A model generated the notes under the pieces. It saw nothing but the letters and a program-made list of their open reading frames with translations. It made no database searches and had not been told where the DNA came from. The translations under genes and the position numbers were made by a program. A stretch of DNA of 64,000 nt from an uncultured delta proteobacterium (GTDB lineage Bacteria > Desulfobacterota > Desulfobacteria > Desulfobacterales > JAHEIW01): NCBI GenBank assembly GCA_963706575.1, contig CAVPNL010000003.1, forward strand, positions 32,001-96,000, in the 5' to 3' direction. Positions 31,205-41,142 of the stretch are shown piece after piece. Numbering within the stretch: the first letter of the stretch is position 1; each line of letters starts with the position of its first letter.

Positions 31205-32782
31205 TCACGATACCATGCGGTCCTTGCCTTTCCAGAATTTGGTGCGCATTGCTTTTTTATCCAGTTTGCCTAAATTCGTCAGCGGAATCTCATCCCAGAA
31301 CTCCACGGTTTTCGGGGCCATCATGCTTCCCTTGCGTTCTTTGACAAACCGGATCAACTCCTCCTGAGTTGTGTTTTGGCCTTCGTGCAAAACCACCAGG
31401 GCTTTTACCTCCTCTCCCCACTTCTCATGGGGCACCCCGATGACGGCCGCACCTTTGACCGCCGGGTGCTCAAACAAGACATCTTCGATTTCGCGCGGAA
31501 AGATGTTAAATCCGCCGCTGACGATCATGTCCTTCTTGCGATCTACGATGTAGAGGAAACCCTCTTCATCCTGCCTGGCAATGTCGCCGCTGTGCAGCCA
31601 GCCGTCTTTGATGGTTTCAGCCGTGGCCTCAGGATTCTTGAAATATCCGGACATAATATTGGCACAGCGTACCACGACTTCACCGGGTTCTCCGCGTTTG
31701 ACCTCCACTCCGTTTTCATCCACAAGTTTGATTTCGGCATGAAAGGTGGGCCGACCCGCGGAACTGAGAACTTCTTTTTCGCGTTGCGGATCTGCGACGA
31801 TATGCTCTTCTCTGGAAAGCGCGCTGAACATCATGGGTGCTTCGGTCTGCCCGAAGAGCTGGGTAAAAATAGGGCCAAACGTATTCAAGGCCTGTTTGAG
31901 ACGTTCCGGTGCAATCGCCGATGCGCCGTAAATAATGTTGCGCAAGCTGCTGAGGTCATATTCTTTCAGGTCAGGGTAGTCCAGCAGAACATAAATCATG
32001 GTCGGAACCAAAAATGTCATGGTCACCTTTTCCTTTTCAATGGTCTCCAGCAGCAGTTTGGGGTCGAAGTGATCGATAATCACGCAGCGTCCCTTGCGCA
32101 ACAACACCGGCAACATCAGACATCCGCCCGCATGGGTCAACGGAGTCGGATAGAGAAACACTTCCTCCCAGCCGAATCCAAGGTCGAGCATCTCTATCAG
32201 AATCGTGTAGACCCAGGCCCTGTGAGAAAGCATGACGCCTTTGGGTTTACCCGTGGTGCCGCCTGTATAGTAGATTCCCACAAGATCTTCAGGATCGATT
32301 TCGATCTTAGCGAATTCGGGCGGATGGTTTTCAATCAGGGTCTGCAAATGCAGATGGCCCTCCATCATGCGTGAAGGATCGTCACTGGCGCAAATGAAAT
32401 GTTTGACCGTCTCTAACTGAGGCAGCATGTCTTTTACCCTCGAAGCTAAACTTTCATGATAGATTAGCGTTGTACACTCCGCCTGGTTTATCATGTAGAT
32501 ATGGTCATTGGAACTCAGCAAAACCGCTAAGGGAACCCGGATACCGCCGATCTTGGCGATGGCGTATTCACAAAAAACATACTCGGGGCAATTGGCCATG
32601 AGAAAGGCAATTTTGTCGCCTTTCTTCATACCAATTTTATTTTGCAAGGCATTGGCCAGGCATAGAGCCTTATGGCCCATCTCGTTGTAGCTGTAAGAAC
32701 GGTCCTTGTATGTGATCGCCTTTCGATCGCCAAAAAAGTTTACGCAACGATCATAGTAATCGCCAATCGTTAAAGTTATCAT
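31205..32782 (-). CDS. Acyl-CoA synthetase (AMP-forming)
   Basis: YTGGTTGKPKG, FGQTE, SGD, GKLDKK. Confidence 0.92.
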   Translation of the reverse strand: MITLTIGDYYDRCVNFFGDRKAITYKDRSYSYNEMGHKALCLANALQNKIGMKKGDKIAFLMANCPEYVFCEYAIAKIGGIRVPLAVLLSSNDHIYMINQAECTTLIYHESLASRVKDMLPQLETVKHFICASDDPSRMMEGHLHLQTLIENHPPEFAKIEIDPEDLVGIYYTGGTTGKPKGVMLSHRAWVYTILIEMLDLGFGWEEVFLYPTPLTHAGGCLMLPVLLRKGRCVIIDHFDPKLLLETIEKEKVTMTFLVPTMIYVLLDYPDLKEYDLSSLRNIIYGASAIAPERLKQALNTFGPIFTQLFGQTEAPMMFSALSREEHIVADPQREKEVLSSAGRPTFHAEIKLVDENGVEVKRGEPGEVVVRCANIMSGYFKNPEATAETIKDGWLHSGDIARQDEEGFLYIVDRKKDMIVSGGFNIFPREIEDVLFEHPAVKGAAVIGVPHEKWGEEVKALVVLHEGQNTTQEELIRFVKERKGSMMAPKTVEFWDEIPLTNLGKLDKKAMRTKFWKGKDRMVS

Positions 32783-32898
32783 TTTGGATTCCTTTTTAAT
32801 TTTAAACACTTTAGAAATTTGGGGGAATAGCTAAATCGTCGCTTTTAAGCAGTTTATGGTTTTCAATCGGGTTTCTGCCTGCTCGTTTGATGCAAGAG

Positions 32899-34158
32899 TT
32901 ATGCTTTCTGCAGGATATTGATGGCGCAGGCATACTCCTCGGTTGATATTACGCCCCCTCCGTTTTCGGTTAAGCCGATACGGGCTTTGGGCACCTGGCG
33001 CAGTCCGGCATCCCCTCGTAACTGGGTAGCAATTTCATAGATCATGGATAGTCCGGTTGAACCAACCGGATGTCCTTTCGATACGAGACCTCCCGAAGTG
33101 TTGATCGGAATGGTTCCATCCAGTTTGGTGGCACCGGATTCGATGAATTTTCCGCCTGTGCCGGTGGGGCAAAAACCCAGCATTTCCACCTGATATATTT
33201 CACAGAATGAAGTGGCGTCATGCACTTCAGCAACATTGATATCCTTCGCCTGGGTATCTGCCATTTCGTATGCTCTATCGGCCGCCCATTTACTGAGGCT
33301 GGGTTCGGAAATATTTCGGTGTTTGCCCGACGACAACACGCTGGCGGCCACTCTCACTGCTCGATTTTTTATATCGGAAGACTGGTTTGCAAGATAATCT
33401 TCAGAGCAAAGAATTGCGGCTGCCCCACCATCCCCAATAGGGGCACACATGGAACGCGTCAAAGGGTAGCTTACCTCGTAATCCTCTAAAACCTTTTCAA
33501 CCGGCACTTCAAACTGGTACTGGGCTTTGGGATTCAGGGAACCGTTATAGTGATTTTTACTGGCGCCTATGGCAATCTGTTCCTGAGTGGTGCCGTATTT
33601 CCACATGTGCCAGCATGCTTGCATGGCATAGGTGTCCATAAAGATGGTATGGCCAAGACCGATTTCAAAATCGCGTCCGCATTCTTTCGCCACAGCTCCA
33701 TATTCCTCTATAAGCCGCTGTTTGTCTCCCCTGTCAATGCCATGTTCATAGGCGAACAGCACCCGCTCCATATCCGGATGATAGAACTTATCGACACCGA
33801 TGGCCAGGGAGACATCACACTGCCCGCTCAAGATATCTTTCCAGGCCCCGTGAAAGGCCATGGAAGCAGTGGCACAGGCGCCTTCTACGTTAATAATGGG
33901 AATTCTTTCCGGAAAGAGCCCCTCCTCGACAAGCGGCGACATACAGACGTGACCGCGAATCAAGTCCTGATCCCACAACGTACCCATAGCGCAATTTGCG
34001 AACCAGGCAAATTCGATATCCTTGCCGTTCGGCATTCCGGCATCTTCAAGCACACCGAGGTAAGTTTCCCGCGTCAGATCTTTCAAAGATTTATCAAGCC
34101 ATTTTTTAAACTGGGTGCTGTAGGATCCGACAACATAAACGTCTCTTAATTTTTTCAT
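32899..34158 (-). CDS. SCP2-type thiolase (catalytic Cys retained)
   Basis: GACATAS, EVHDA, GHPVG, ENGGG. Confidence 0.88.
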   Translation of the reverse strand: MKKLRDVYVVGSYSTQFKKWLDKSLKDLTRETYLGVLEDAGMPNGKDIEFAWFANCAMGTLWDQDLIRGHVCMSPLVEEGLFPERIPIINVEGACATASMAFHGAWKDILSGQCDVSLAIGVDKFYHPDMERVLFAYEHGIDRGDKQRLIEEYGAVAKECGRDFEIGLGHTIFMDTYAMQACWHMWKYGTTQEQIAIGASKNHYNGSLNPKAQYQFEVPVEKVLEDYEVSYPLTRSMCAPIGDGGAAAILCSEDYLANQSSDIKNRAVRVAASVLSSGKHRNISEPSLSKWAADRAYEMADTQAKDINVAEVHDATSFCEIYQVEMLGFCPTGTGGKFIESGATKLDGTIPINTSGGLVSKGHPVGSTGLSMIYEIATQLRGDAGLRQVPKARIGLTENGGGVISTEEYACAINILQKA

Positions 34159-34189
34159 TTGCTGTTCTCCAACAAAAAAGATGATGCCA

Positions 34190-34639
34190 TCAGGTGCGCA
34201 TGTGAAACATCATTTTGTAGTCAAAAACCATGACATCCTCATCTTTTTGGTTTTTTACCGTGTAACGCCAGGTCTGGATGCCCTTGTCCGGTTTGCTGGT
34301 TTCTTGCTTGTCGGTTACCTCAACGACAACCCGGACGGTATCACCGATTTTGACGGGCGCCGTCATTTTCATGTTGTCCACGCCAAGCCATGCCACCGCC
34401 GCATCACCTCCAAATCCAGCCATACTCACGAGCCCCACCGCCATGCCGAAAATAAGCGGGCCATGAGCCAGGCGTTCCCCGAACTCCGTTTTGGCTGCGT
34501 ATTCTTTATCCATGTGGAGGGGATAAAAATCCATCGTCAATCCGGCCCAGTTCACCAAATGTGTCTCGGTTACAGTAATCGCGGCGGTAGTATAGACATC
34601 CCCGATACTGAAATCGTCACCATATTTGCTGTGTTCCAT
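34190..34639 (-). CDS. MaoC-family (R)-hydratase/dehydratase
   Basis: DFYPLHMD, AHG, PVKIGDT. Confidence 0.88.
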   Translation of the reverse strand: MEHSKYGDDFSIGDVYTTAAITVTETHLVNWAGLTMDFYPLHMDKEYAAKTEFGERLAHGPLIFGMAVGLVSMAGFGGDAAVAWLGVDNMKMTAPVKIGDTVRVVVEVTDKQETSKPDKGIQTWRYTVKNQKDEDVMVFDYKMMFHMRT

Positions 34640-34888
34640 AGTTCACCTCGTTATTATCCTTTTATCCTTTACCCGCAGTTGTTTTATTTTTGCCCCAAAA
34701 ATAGGGTTCACTGTACCCGGTTTTAAAAGCAACAACGAAAGCACGGATGTGCTTTTGCTTTTTTCGGTCTATGGCCGAAAATTCAAGCCAACCGCCATGC
34801 GGGTGGTCGTCGGTTCCTAATTTGTAACCTCAGAAAGAGGATAGTATTGATCTTGTTTGTAATAGTACAACGCGATAACTGTCAAAAT

Positions 34889-35302
34889 TCAGGTTTTAAC
34901 CGGTCTGAATTTCGGGAGCGTAAAATCATCGTTCAATTTTTCAAAAGTAACTTCGACCGGCATATCACAGGTAAGTTCATCCGGATCGCACTCTACAATA
35001 TTGCTCAGCATCTGGACGCCTTCGTCCAATTTTATGAGGGCGACGACATATGGCATATCATTGATAAACGCTGATGGTGAGTTGTTCATGACCACCGTAT
35101 AGGAATAAATCGTTCCTTTTCCTGAGGCCTCCACCCACTCCAGGTTTTGTGAAAAGCAGTGAGGACAAACCAATCTTGGATAAAATACGTGCTTGTTGCA
35201 GTCCCGGCATTTTTGGATAATCAATCGCTGCTCACGAGCTGCCTCCCAAAAAGGCATTGCCCAAGGATTCACATCAGGAATCGGTTTTGGGGGGGTATCC
35301 AT
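34889..35302 (-). CDS. DUF35 Zn-ribbon/OB-fold protein
   Basis: CRDC..YPRLVCPHC, GTIYSYTV, LPKFRP. Confidence 0.9.
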   Translation of the reverse strand: MDTPPKPIPDVNPWAMPFWEAAREQRLIIQKCRDCNKHVFYPRLVCPHCFSQNLEWVEASGKGTIYSYTVVMNNSPSAFINDMPYVVALIKLDEGVQMLSNIVECDPDELTCDMPVEVTFEKLNDDFTLPKFRPVKT

Positions 35303-35316
35303 ATTCTTTCTCCTTT

Positions 35317-36501
35317 CTAAGGAATCTCTGTTCCAAAAATGGTAACCTGTGCGTCCATATAGGTGCCGCCGGTTCCTGTTTCCACGGCAAACCGTGCATC
35401 CGGTACTTGCCGTTCTCCGGCTTTTCCCATGAGCTGACGGGCTGCCTCCACAACAAGAGAGACCCCGCCGCCGGCACCGATATGACCTTTTGACAGCATG
35501 CCCCCATCGGTGGTACAGGGGATTTTGCCCCCCGGCCAGGTCTCACCGCGCAGGAACATTTCCCCGCCGGCACCTCTTTCACAGAAACCCAGCTCTTCAA
35601 AGGCGATGAGCTGATAAATAGGATACGAATCGTAAATCTCTGCCACATCAATATCGCCGGGCATCAGGCCCGCCTCTCTGAAAGCCTGTTTGGCGGCCCG
35701 GGCCCACCCAAATCGGCTGATATCCGGCTCCTGAGAATAGACATGATGGGTAACGATGCCACCCTCTCCCAATATATAAACAGGCTTGTTGGGAAGATCC
35801 TTTGCACGCTCAGACGAGGTGACAATAAAGGCCGAACCGCCGTCAAAAAGCATGTTGGACATTTTGGCCCGTAACGGCGTGGAAAGCATCTTGGATGCCA
35901 TTACTTCATCAATGGATAAGGGTTTTCTGAAGAAAGCATGAGGGTTGAGTTCGGCCCACTTGCGGTTGGAAACACAAATAGCGGCAAAGTGCTCGTCCGT
36001 GCATCCGGTTTCATACTTGTAGCGCGTCGTCGACAATGCGGCCACCGTGGAGTAATGCTGTCCGAAGGGAACCTCCCATTCAGGCGAAATCCCCGATACG
36101 GAAAACAGATCTATGCCGCCCTGCCCCGTAACGCCGGTACCCAATTTTTCGGAATGAACATACAACACGGTGTTGGCCGTACCACTGGCAATCATACTGC
36201 CGGCCATCTGCAAGCCGGTGCTGCCGCTGGATCCACCTGAAAAGATCAAACAATTCTTTTGACAGTTTTTCAAGCCCAGTTCTTCAGCAATCCGCGCTGT
36301 TGTTAGTTCACCGATATAGGAAAAACTGAACATGGCGGCTGTCGGCATTACAAAGTCGATTTCGTCTTTGTCAATGCCCGCATCCTCGATAGCAAGTCTA
36401 GCCGATTCCACGGCATGGTAGATCGCCGGCTTGTCTGGGAATCTTCCAGTGGGTACCTCGCCGATGCCGACTATTGCGACTTTTCCTTTTAAACCACCCA
36501 T
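35317..36501 (-). CDS. Thiolase-superfamily protein lacking the nucleophilic Cys (Ltp2-like aldolase candidate)
   Basis: SGGSSG at the CxS site, AEIYDSY, GMLSKGH. Confidence 0.8.
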   Translation of the reverse strand: MGGLKGKVAIVGIGEVPTGRFPDKPAIYHAVESARLAIEDAGIDKDEIDFVMPTAAMFSFSYIGELTTARIAEELGLKNCQKNCLIFSGGSSGSTGLQMAGSMIASGTANTVLYVHSEKLGTGVTGQGGIDLFSVSGISPEWEVPFGQHYSTVAALSTTRYKYETGCTDEHFAAICVSNRKWAELNPHAFFRKPLSIDEVMASKMLSTPLRAKMSNMLFDGGSAFIVTSSERAKDLPNKPVYILGEGGIVTHHVYSQEPDISRFGWARAAKQAFREAGLMPGDIDVAEIYDSYPIYQLIAFEELGFCERGAGGEMFLRGETWPGGKIPCTTDGGMLSKGHIGAGGGVSLVVEAARQLMGKAGERQVPDARFAVETGTGGTYMDAQVTIFGTEIP

Positions 36502-36583
36502 AAAAACCTCCTTGTTGCTTGACGCAATTTCATCATCAGGACTTAGTTGCTACGGTAATTCAAATTTTCTCAAGTTAATCCAT

Positions 36584-37504
36584 TCAATCAATTTGAGCTT
36601 TCAATTTGGGATTGCAAAAAGGTTCTCCCAATGTTTGGCATACGCTGATGTAATCTTCCACCATTTCGTGAATAACCGTTGTTGCAGACTTAATTTCATC
36701 AGTCTGGGCCACACTCTGACCGGCGCTCCAATAATCGCGCCAACGTTTAGAGCCTACTTCCGGCCTTTCATCAAAATCCTTTATGCTTTCAGCGAGCCAA
36801 CTGGCAGGGTTGCCGGTAATTCGAGACGTGCAGATGATATCCTCGGGACCGGCTGCTACGACGGCTTTCTTATATTTCGGCGCTGCACGGGATTCCGTGG
36901 TAGCAACCAGGCGGGTACCGACGACCACGCCACAGGCTCCCACGGCCATTGCGGCCACCATCTGGCAGCCGGTACTTATTCCCCCTGCTGCTATGACAGG
37001 AAGGCCTGTTTTGGATTTGAGATATGGAACCAGTATATGGGTCGGAACCGTTCCGCAGTGCCCTCCGGCACCGGACGCCACGGCTATGAGCCCGTCCACA
37101 CCTTTATCCCGGGCTTTCAAACCCTGTTTGAGAGAGGCCACATCGGAAAAAACCTTGCCGCCGTTGGCATGAACGTCATCGAGGATAAGGCGGGGATCTC
37201 CTAAAGCTGTGATGAAGAATTTTACTCCGGCATCCAGGCACAGGGCCAGTTGCTCCTTCCACTCGAATTTTCCAGAGGTGTGGATGTTGACACCAATCGG
37301 TTTGTCTGTTTTCTCCCTAATTTTTTTTAGCGTGTATTTCAGATCTTCAATGGTTCTGAAGTTTGGCAGCGGAATGGCTCCCAGCCCTCCCGCTTTGGCA
37401 ACCGCAATAACCAATTCTTCATAAGATACTAGAAACATGGGCGCCCCGATGATGGGATAATCAACGTCTATCATTCTGGTAAATTCTGTTTCAATTATTG
37501 GCAT
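36584..37504 (-). CDS. Nitronate monooxygenase/FabK-like FMN oxidoreductase
   Basis: PIIGAPM, GAGGH, IAAGGI, GTR, SAGQ. Confidence 0.85.
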   Translation of the reverse strand: MPIIETEFTRMIDVDYPIIGAPMFLVSYEELVIAVAKAGGLGAIPLPNFRTIEDLKYTLKKIREKTDKPIGVNIHTSGKFEWKEQLALCLDAGVKFFITALGDPRLILDDVHANGGKVFSDVASLKQGLKARDKGVDGLIAVASGAGGHCGTVPTHILVPYLKSKTGLPVIAAGGISTGCQMVAAMAVGACGVVVGTRLVATTESRAAPKYKKAVVAAGPEDIICTSRITGNPASWLAESIKDFDERPEVGSKRWRDYWSAGQSVAQTDEIKSATTVIHEMVEDYISVCQTLGEPFCNPKLKAQID

Positions 37505-37539
37505 GCAAATACCTGTCCTTTATAGAAGGTCAAGATCTC

Positions 37540-38106
37540 TTAATCCACCAGCATGAGACAGTACTCATTGTTGGTTTCAGTTTTTTTGCTAAGGGTTTTA
37601 ATAAAAAAACCATTATTGCGTGCTGTTTGAAACACATCCATTCCGCAAGCCTCCATGCAGGGCCTGGCTTTGCTCAGGAATTTACAGGGATTGTCTTCCA
37701 ATTTAGAGCATTTTTTACAGAGTCGGCACGGGCCTGCCAAAAAGACAAAGGCTTTATAAAATCCGTCTTTAAACAGTTCTGCTTCCAGATCCACCAGCAT
37801 GTTAAAAAATTTGCGATAATGCTTTTCTTTTTGCGGCATATGAGGGACTGCGATATGAAACAGAATGGCGCGTTGATACGCATCCAGAATTTCTCTGGTC
37901 TGATCGGGCGTAGGGGTATGCGGCGGGCAGCAATGTCCTTTACCGTATCCGGGGCAACCGAAATGGCATTTCAAGGGGACCCAGGGCGCCGTCACCACAG
38001 TATCGGGATGAATCTGCTTGGCATGGGTTGCACCTCCCTTGATTGCAGATTTGCAGTATTTCTCCAGATCTTTGTCTTTGATCGAAACTTTTTTTCTGGG
38101 TGGCAT
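37540..38106 (-). CDS. DUF2284 Cys-rich metal-binding protein
   Basis: KCHFGCPGYG..CCPP, GPCRLCKKC, ARPCMEACGMDV. Confidence 0.82.
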   Translation of the reverse strand: MPPRKKVSIKDKDLEKYCKSAIKGGATHAKQIHPDTVVTAPWVPLKCHFGCPGYGKGHCCPPHTPTPDQTREILDAYQRAILFHIAVPHMPQKEKHYRKFFNMLVDLEAELFKDGFYKAFVFLAGPCRLCKKCSKLEDNPCKFLSKARPCMEACGMDVFQTARNNGFFIKTLSKKTETNNEYCLMLVD

Positions 38107-38151
38107 AAACGGTTTCCTTTAATTGGTGTTATAGTGGATCGGATTTGTGTT

Positions 38152-38928
38152 TTAGATTATTTTGCAGATCGAAAACCCCCCGTCCACTACCAGGTCCTGA
38201 CCGGTAATATGACGTGCCGCATCGGAGACCATAAAAACGACGGCGTCTCCAATGTCCCCCTGCTCTCCCAAACGACAGGATGGTGTCAAACGTGCAAGAG
38301 ATTCCTTCGTTTTACCATCACCGAACAGCGGTTCCAGCATGCCGGTAGCCCATGGGCCGGGTGAAACCGAATTTACCCGGATATTGTACCTGGCCCACTC
38401 AAAGGCTAACGAGCGTGTAATCTGCATCAAGGCCGCCTTGGTGGCTCCATATAAACAGGCAAAGTTCATGGCCGTTTGGCCCAATTGAGAGGTGATGAAA
38501 ATTATAGAACCTCCTCCGATGGATTGCATATGCTCTGCCAGGAGTTGACTCAGAAAGAAGCCACCCTTTATATTCGTGTTCATCATCATGTCGAAGTCGA
38601 TTTGGGTGAAACGCTCGGCTTTTTTAAATACATTCATGGCGGCATTATTCACGACAATATCCACATGGTCGAAATCTTCCAAACTATTTTTTGCCAGTTT
38701 TTGAACATCTGAAGGATCGGCCAAATCCGCTGCAATGATACTGGACCGCCTGCCGCAATCGTTAATTCGCTTTGCGGTTTTCTTCAGACGCTCGCTGTTG
38801 CGACCCGAAACAATGACATTCGCCCCGGCGCGAGCCAGAGCCATGCTGATATCCCTACCAATCGCACCGGAGGCACCGGTGACCAGCGCCGTTTTACCTT
38901 CAAGATTAAATGGGTTTTGAATCGTCAT
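38152..38928 (-). CDS. SDR oxidoreductase
   Basis: TGASGAIG, NNAA, YGATK. Confidence 0.9.
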   Translation of the reverse strand: MTIQNPFNLEGKTALVTGASGAIGRDISMALARAGANVIVSGRNSERLKKTAKRINDCGRRSSIIAADLADPSDVQKLAKNSLEDFDHVDIVVNNAAMNVFKKAERFTQIDFDMMMNTNIKGGFFLSQLLAEHMQSIGGGSIIFITSQLGQTAMNFACLYGATKAALMQITRSLAFEWARYNIRVNSVSPGPWATGMLEPLFGDGKTKESLARLTPSCRLGEQGDIGDAVVFMVSDAARHITGQDLVVDGGFSICKII

Positions 38929-38951
38929 TTTTGGCAATCCTCCAACAATCA

Positions 38952-39647
38952 TTACTGCGCCGGCGAAAGACGCCTTTTTACATCTTCCACCACTCTATGA
39001 GCTGTTTCGGCTACGGCCGGAAGTGCAATCATCCCCGGTGATTTTACGCCGTCACCAACATTATAGAGATTTACGAGCGGTGTTTTTAGCGGCATGTCGT
39101 CACCGGGCCAGGCATGCATTGCCGGCCATTCGCCGTGAAAGGTTCCGGATAAAAGAACCTCGGCATGGGCTTCAAATCCGGGGAGAAGGTCTCTGAGATC
39201 CTGAAAGCATAGATCGAGTTCCGCTTTGGCATTGAGCGGCGGCGAAGTCGAAGCCGGCGCTGCACCGGCAACAAGTAAGTGTTTGCCTGGCGGTGCAATT
39301 TCCGGGCATACGTTGGTTGCCGCCGAGAATAGTGCCCGAAATCCGCCTTTTCGCGGGACTTCGCAGATTTCTCCGTTCACCAGATAAGATGGAGGGCCGG
39401 CCGGTCGAACATCGAATTCGGCCCCCACCTGACGGAAGGTCTCTTCTAAAAAGCCGCCCATTTCCGGGCCGATAGCTCCTGCTGCACACTTAAATCCTTT
39501 ATATTCGATGGTGGAGCAGCGACCGCCGATGCGAGGCAGTCGCTCTGCAACCAGCGTCTGATAGCCGGCATGCGAAAGCAGTGCCGCAGCACACAGGCCT
39601 CCCATCCCGGCGCCGAGCACCAGCACATCGCAGCTTTTCTGCGTCAT
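38952..39647 (-). pseudogene. Phytoene-desaturase-like FAD oxidoreductase with large in-frame internal deletion
   Basis: N-terminal GAGMGG/GGR joined directly (FSAAT|NVCPEIAPPGK) to the C-terminal TPLVNLYNVGD; only 231 aa. Confidence 0.65.
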
Positions 39648-39829
39648 GGGTCTCCGTTCTCCAGAACCGCTTCCTTCAATGCTTCCACCGGGCAGTATTC
39701 AAGACATGCCAGACAATCAATACAATTATCGTTTACGTGCGCCTGCCCATAGCACGAAATGGCATCCTCAGGACAATACGGCACGCACAGGGCGCAGCCA
39801 ACGCAAAGATTTTCATCTGCCGAGATCAT
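39644..39829 (-). CDS. 2x[4Fe-4S] ferredoxin
   Basis: CVGCALCVPYCP and CIDCLACLEYCP. Confidence 0.9.
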   Translation of the reverse strand: MISADENLCVGCALCVPYCPEDAISCYGQAHVNDNCIDCLACLEYCPVEALKEAVLENGDP

Positions 39830-39919
39830 TAGCCATTCTATCCATTAGGTATCATCGGCAGGCTCCGGAAATTGCCCAATCTCCGGAGCCTGCAGGTTTA
39901 GCGGTTTAAATGAATGACA

Positions 39920-41122
39920 TTAGTCCTGGGGTGTCTTCGGCTCTTTAATCGGGCTGATTGTAACAAACCGCTTGTTTTTAGCATCCGCTTTGACTACCAG
40001 GGATGAAAAATGGCCGGCATGACGTTTGGGTGTGAACGTAATATTTGGACACATCCCACCGACATCCAGATCGTTGACTTTCTCCAAACCCTTGATTAAT
40101 GCTTCGGGGGTCAAGTTCGGACCGGCCTGCTTTAAACCTTCCACCATGGCCGCAAAATAGGTCCAGGATCCAAAAAACATGGGTGCCGGAAAGGGCGACG
40201 TGGCCACCTTATCAAGAACCCCGTATTTCTTGAGAATATCCTGGGTTCGTTGAGGGGTATCTTCCCAGGGAACATACGGCGTCACAGCCATGTAGCCGTC
40301 CGATAGTTCTCCGAGCGGCGGGAAGATGAGACGGTAAGCGGTCGTATTATTTCCGATAACTTTGACGTCCCAATTCATTGCACGCTTTTCTTTTAGAATG
40401 GAACCGGATTGGGGGATATAGGTCCAGGCAAGGATCCAATCTACATTAGCTTCCTTCATCATCCGCATCTGGGGTGACAAATCGATCGTCCCGATTTTAT
40501 AAGGGGCTTCTTTTACCAGCTTGGTTTTCATGAACTTGGCCGCTGCCCGGGCACCTTCCAAGCCGTCGCGTCCAAAGTCATCATCCTGGTAGATTATACC
40601 GATGCGGGCTTTGGGATTTTGTTCCAAAGCAAACTCGACGGCGCGTGACCCCATATTGAATTGGGTGGAATAAGGTACAAATACCCATTTATTGCCCGGG
40701 TTGTAGAAGCGTTTGTTGGCTCCGTGCGGCATCATAACAACTTTGTTTTCTTCGCAAAGCGGAATGATGGCACTGGACCCGGAACTTCCCAGGTTAAATC
40801 CGATGGCAAAAATTTCGTCTTTAAAAATGACTTTTTTTGCCGCTGCCAGGGTCGTGTTGGGTAAAATCCCATTGTCTTCGACAATGAGCTTGATCTTTCT
40901 GCCATGGACACCACCCTGGTCGTTGATGTACTTAATGTAAGTTTCTGCACCTAATGCCAGCGGAGGGCCGGCAAATTTTCCCGGACCCGAGAAATCGACC
41001 AGACACGCCAATTTAATTTCGTTTTGGGTAACACCCCGCACATCCTCCGCCCACATTGTGCCGGCCCAGAGACACATTGACACTGCCAGCAAAAGACACA
41101 AAACAATTCTTCTTTTTTGCAT
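39920..41122 (-). CDS. Liv-type ABC transporter substrate-binding protein
   Basis: Signal peptide, RGVT..EIK, INDQGGVHGRKI, YQDDDFG. Confidence 0.9.
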   Translation of the reverse strand: MQKRRIVLCLLLAVSMCLWAGTMWAEDVRGVTQNEIKLACLVDFSGPGKFAGPPLALGAETYIKYINDQGGVHGRKIKLIVEDNGILPNTTLAAAKKVIFKDEIFAIGFNLGSSGSSAIIPLCEENKVVMMPHGANKRFYNPGNKWVFVPYSTQFNMGSRAVEFALEQNPKARIGIIYQDDDFGRDGLEGARAAAKFMKTKLVKEAPYKIGTIDLSPQMRMMKEANVDWILAWTYIPQSGSILKEKRAMNWDVKVIGNNTTAYRLIFPPLGELSDGYMAVTPYVPWEDTPQRTQDILKKYGVLDKVATSPFPAPMFFGSWTYFAAMVEGLKQAGPNLTPEALIKGLEKVNDLDVGGMCPNITFTPKRHAGHFSSLVVKADAKNKRFVTISPIKEPKTPQD

Positions 41123-41142
41123 GAGACGCCTCCTTTCGTTGG

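Noticed and set aside
31376..32374. 332-aa plus-strand ORF and other long antisense ORFs (e.g. 36431..37204, 37498..38364)
   Set aside because: Shadow frames opposite well-supported genes, with no recognisable motifs
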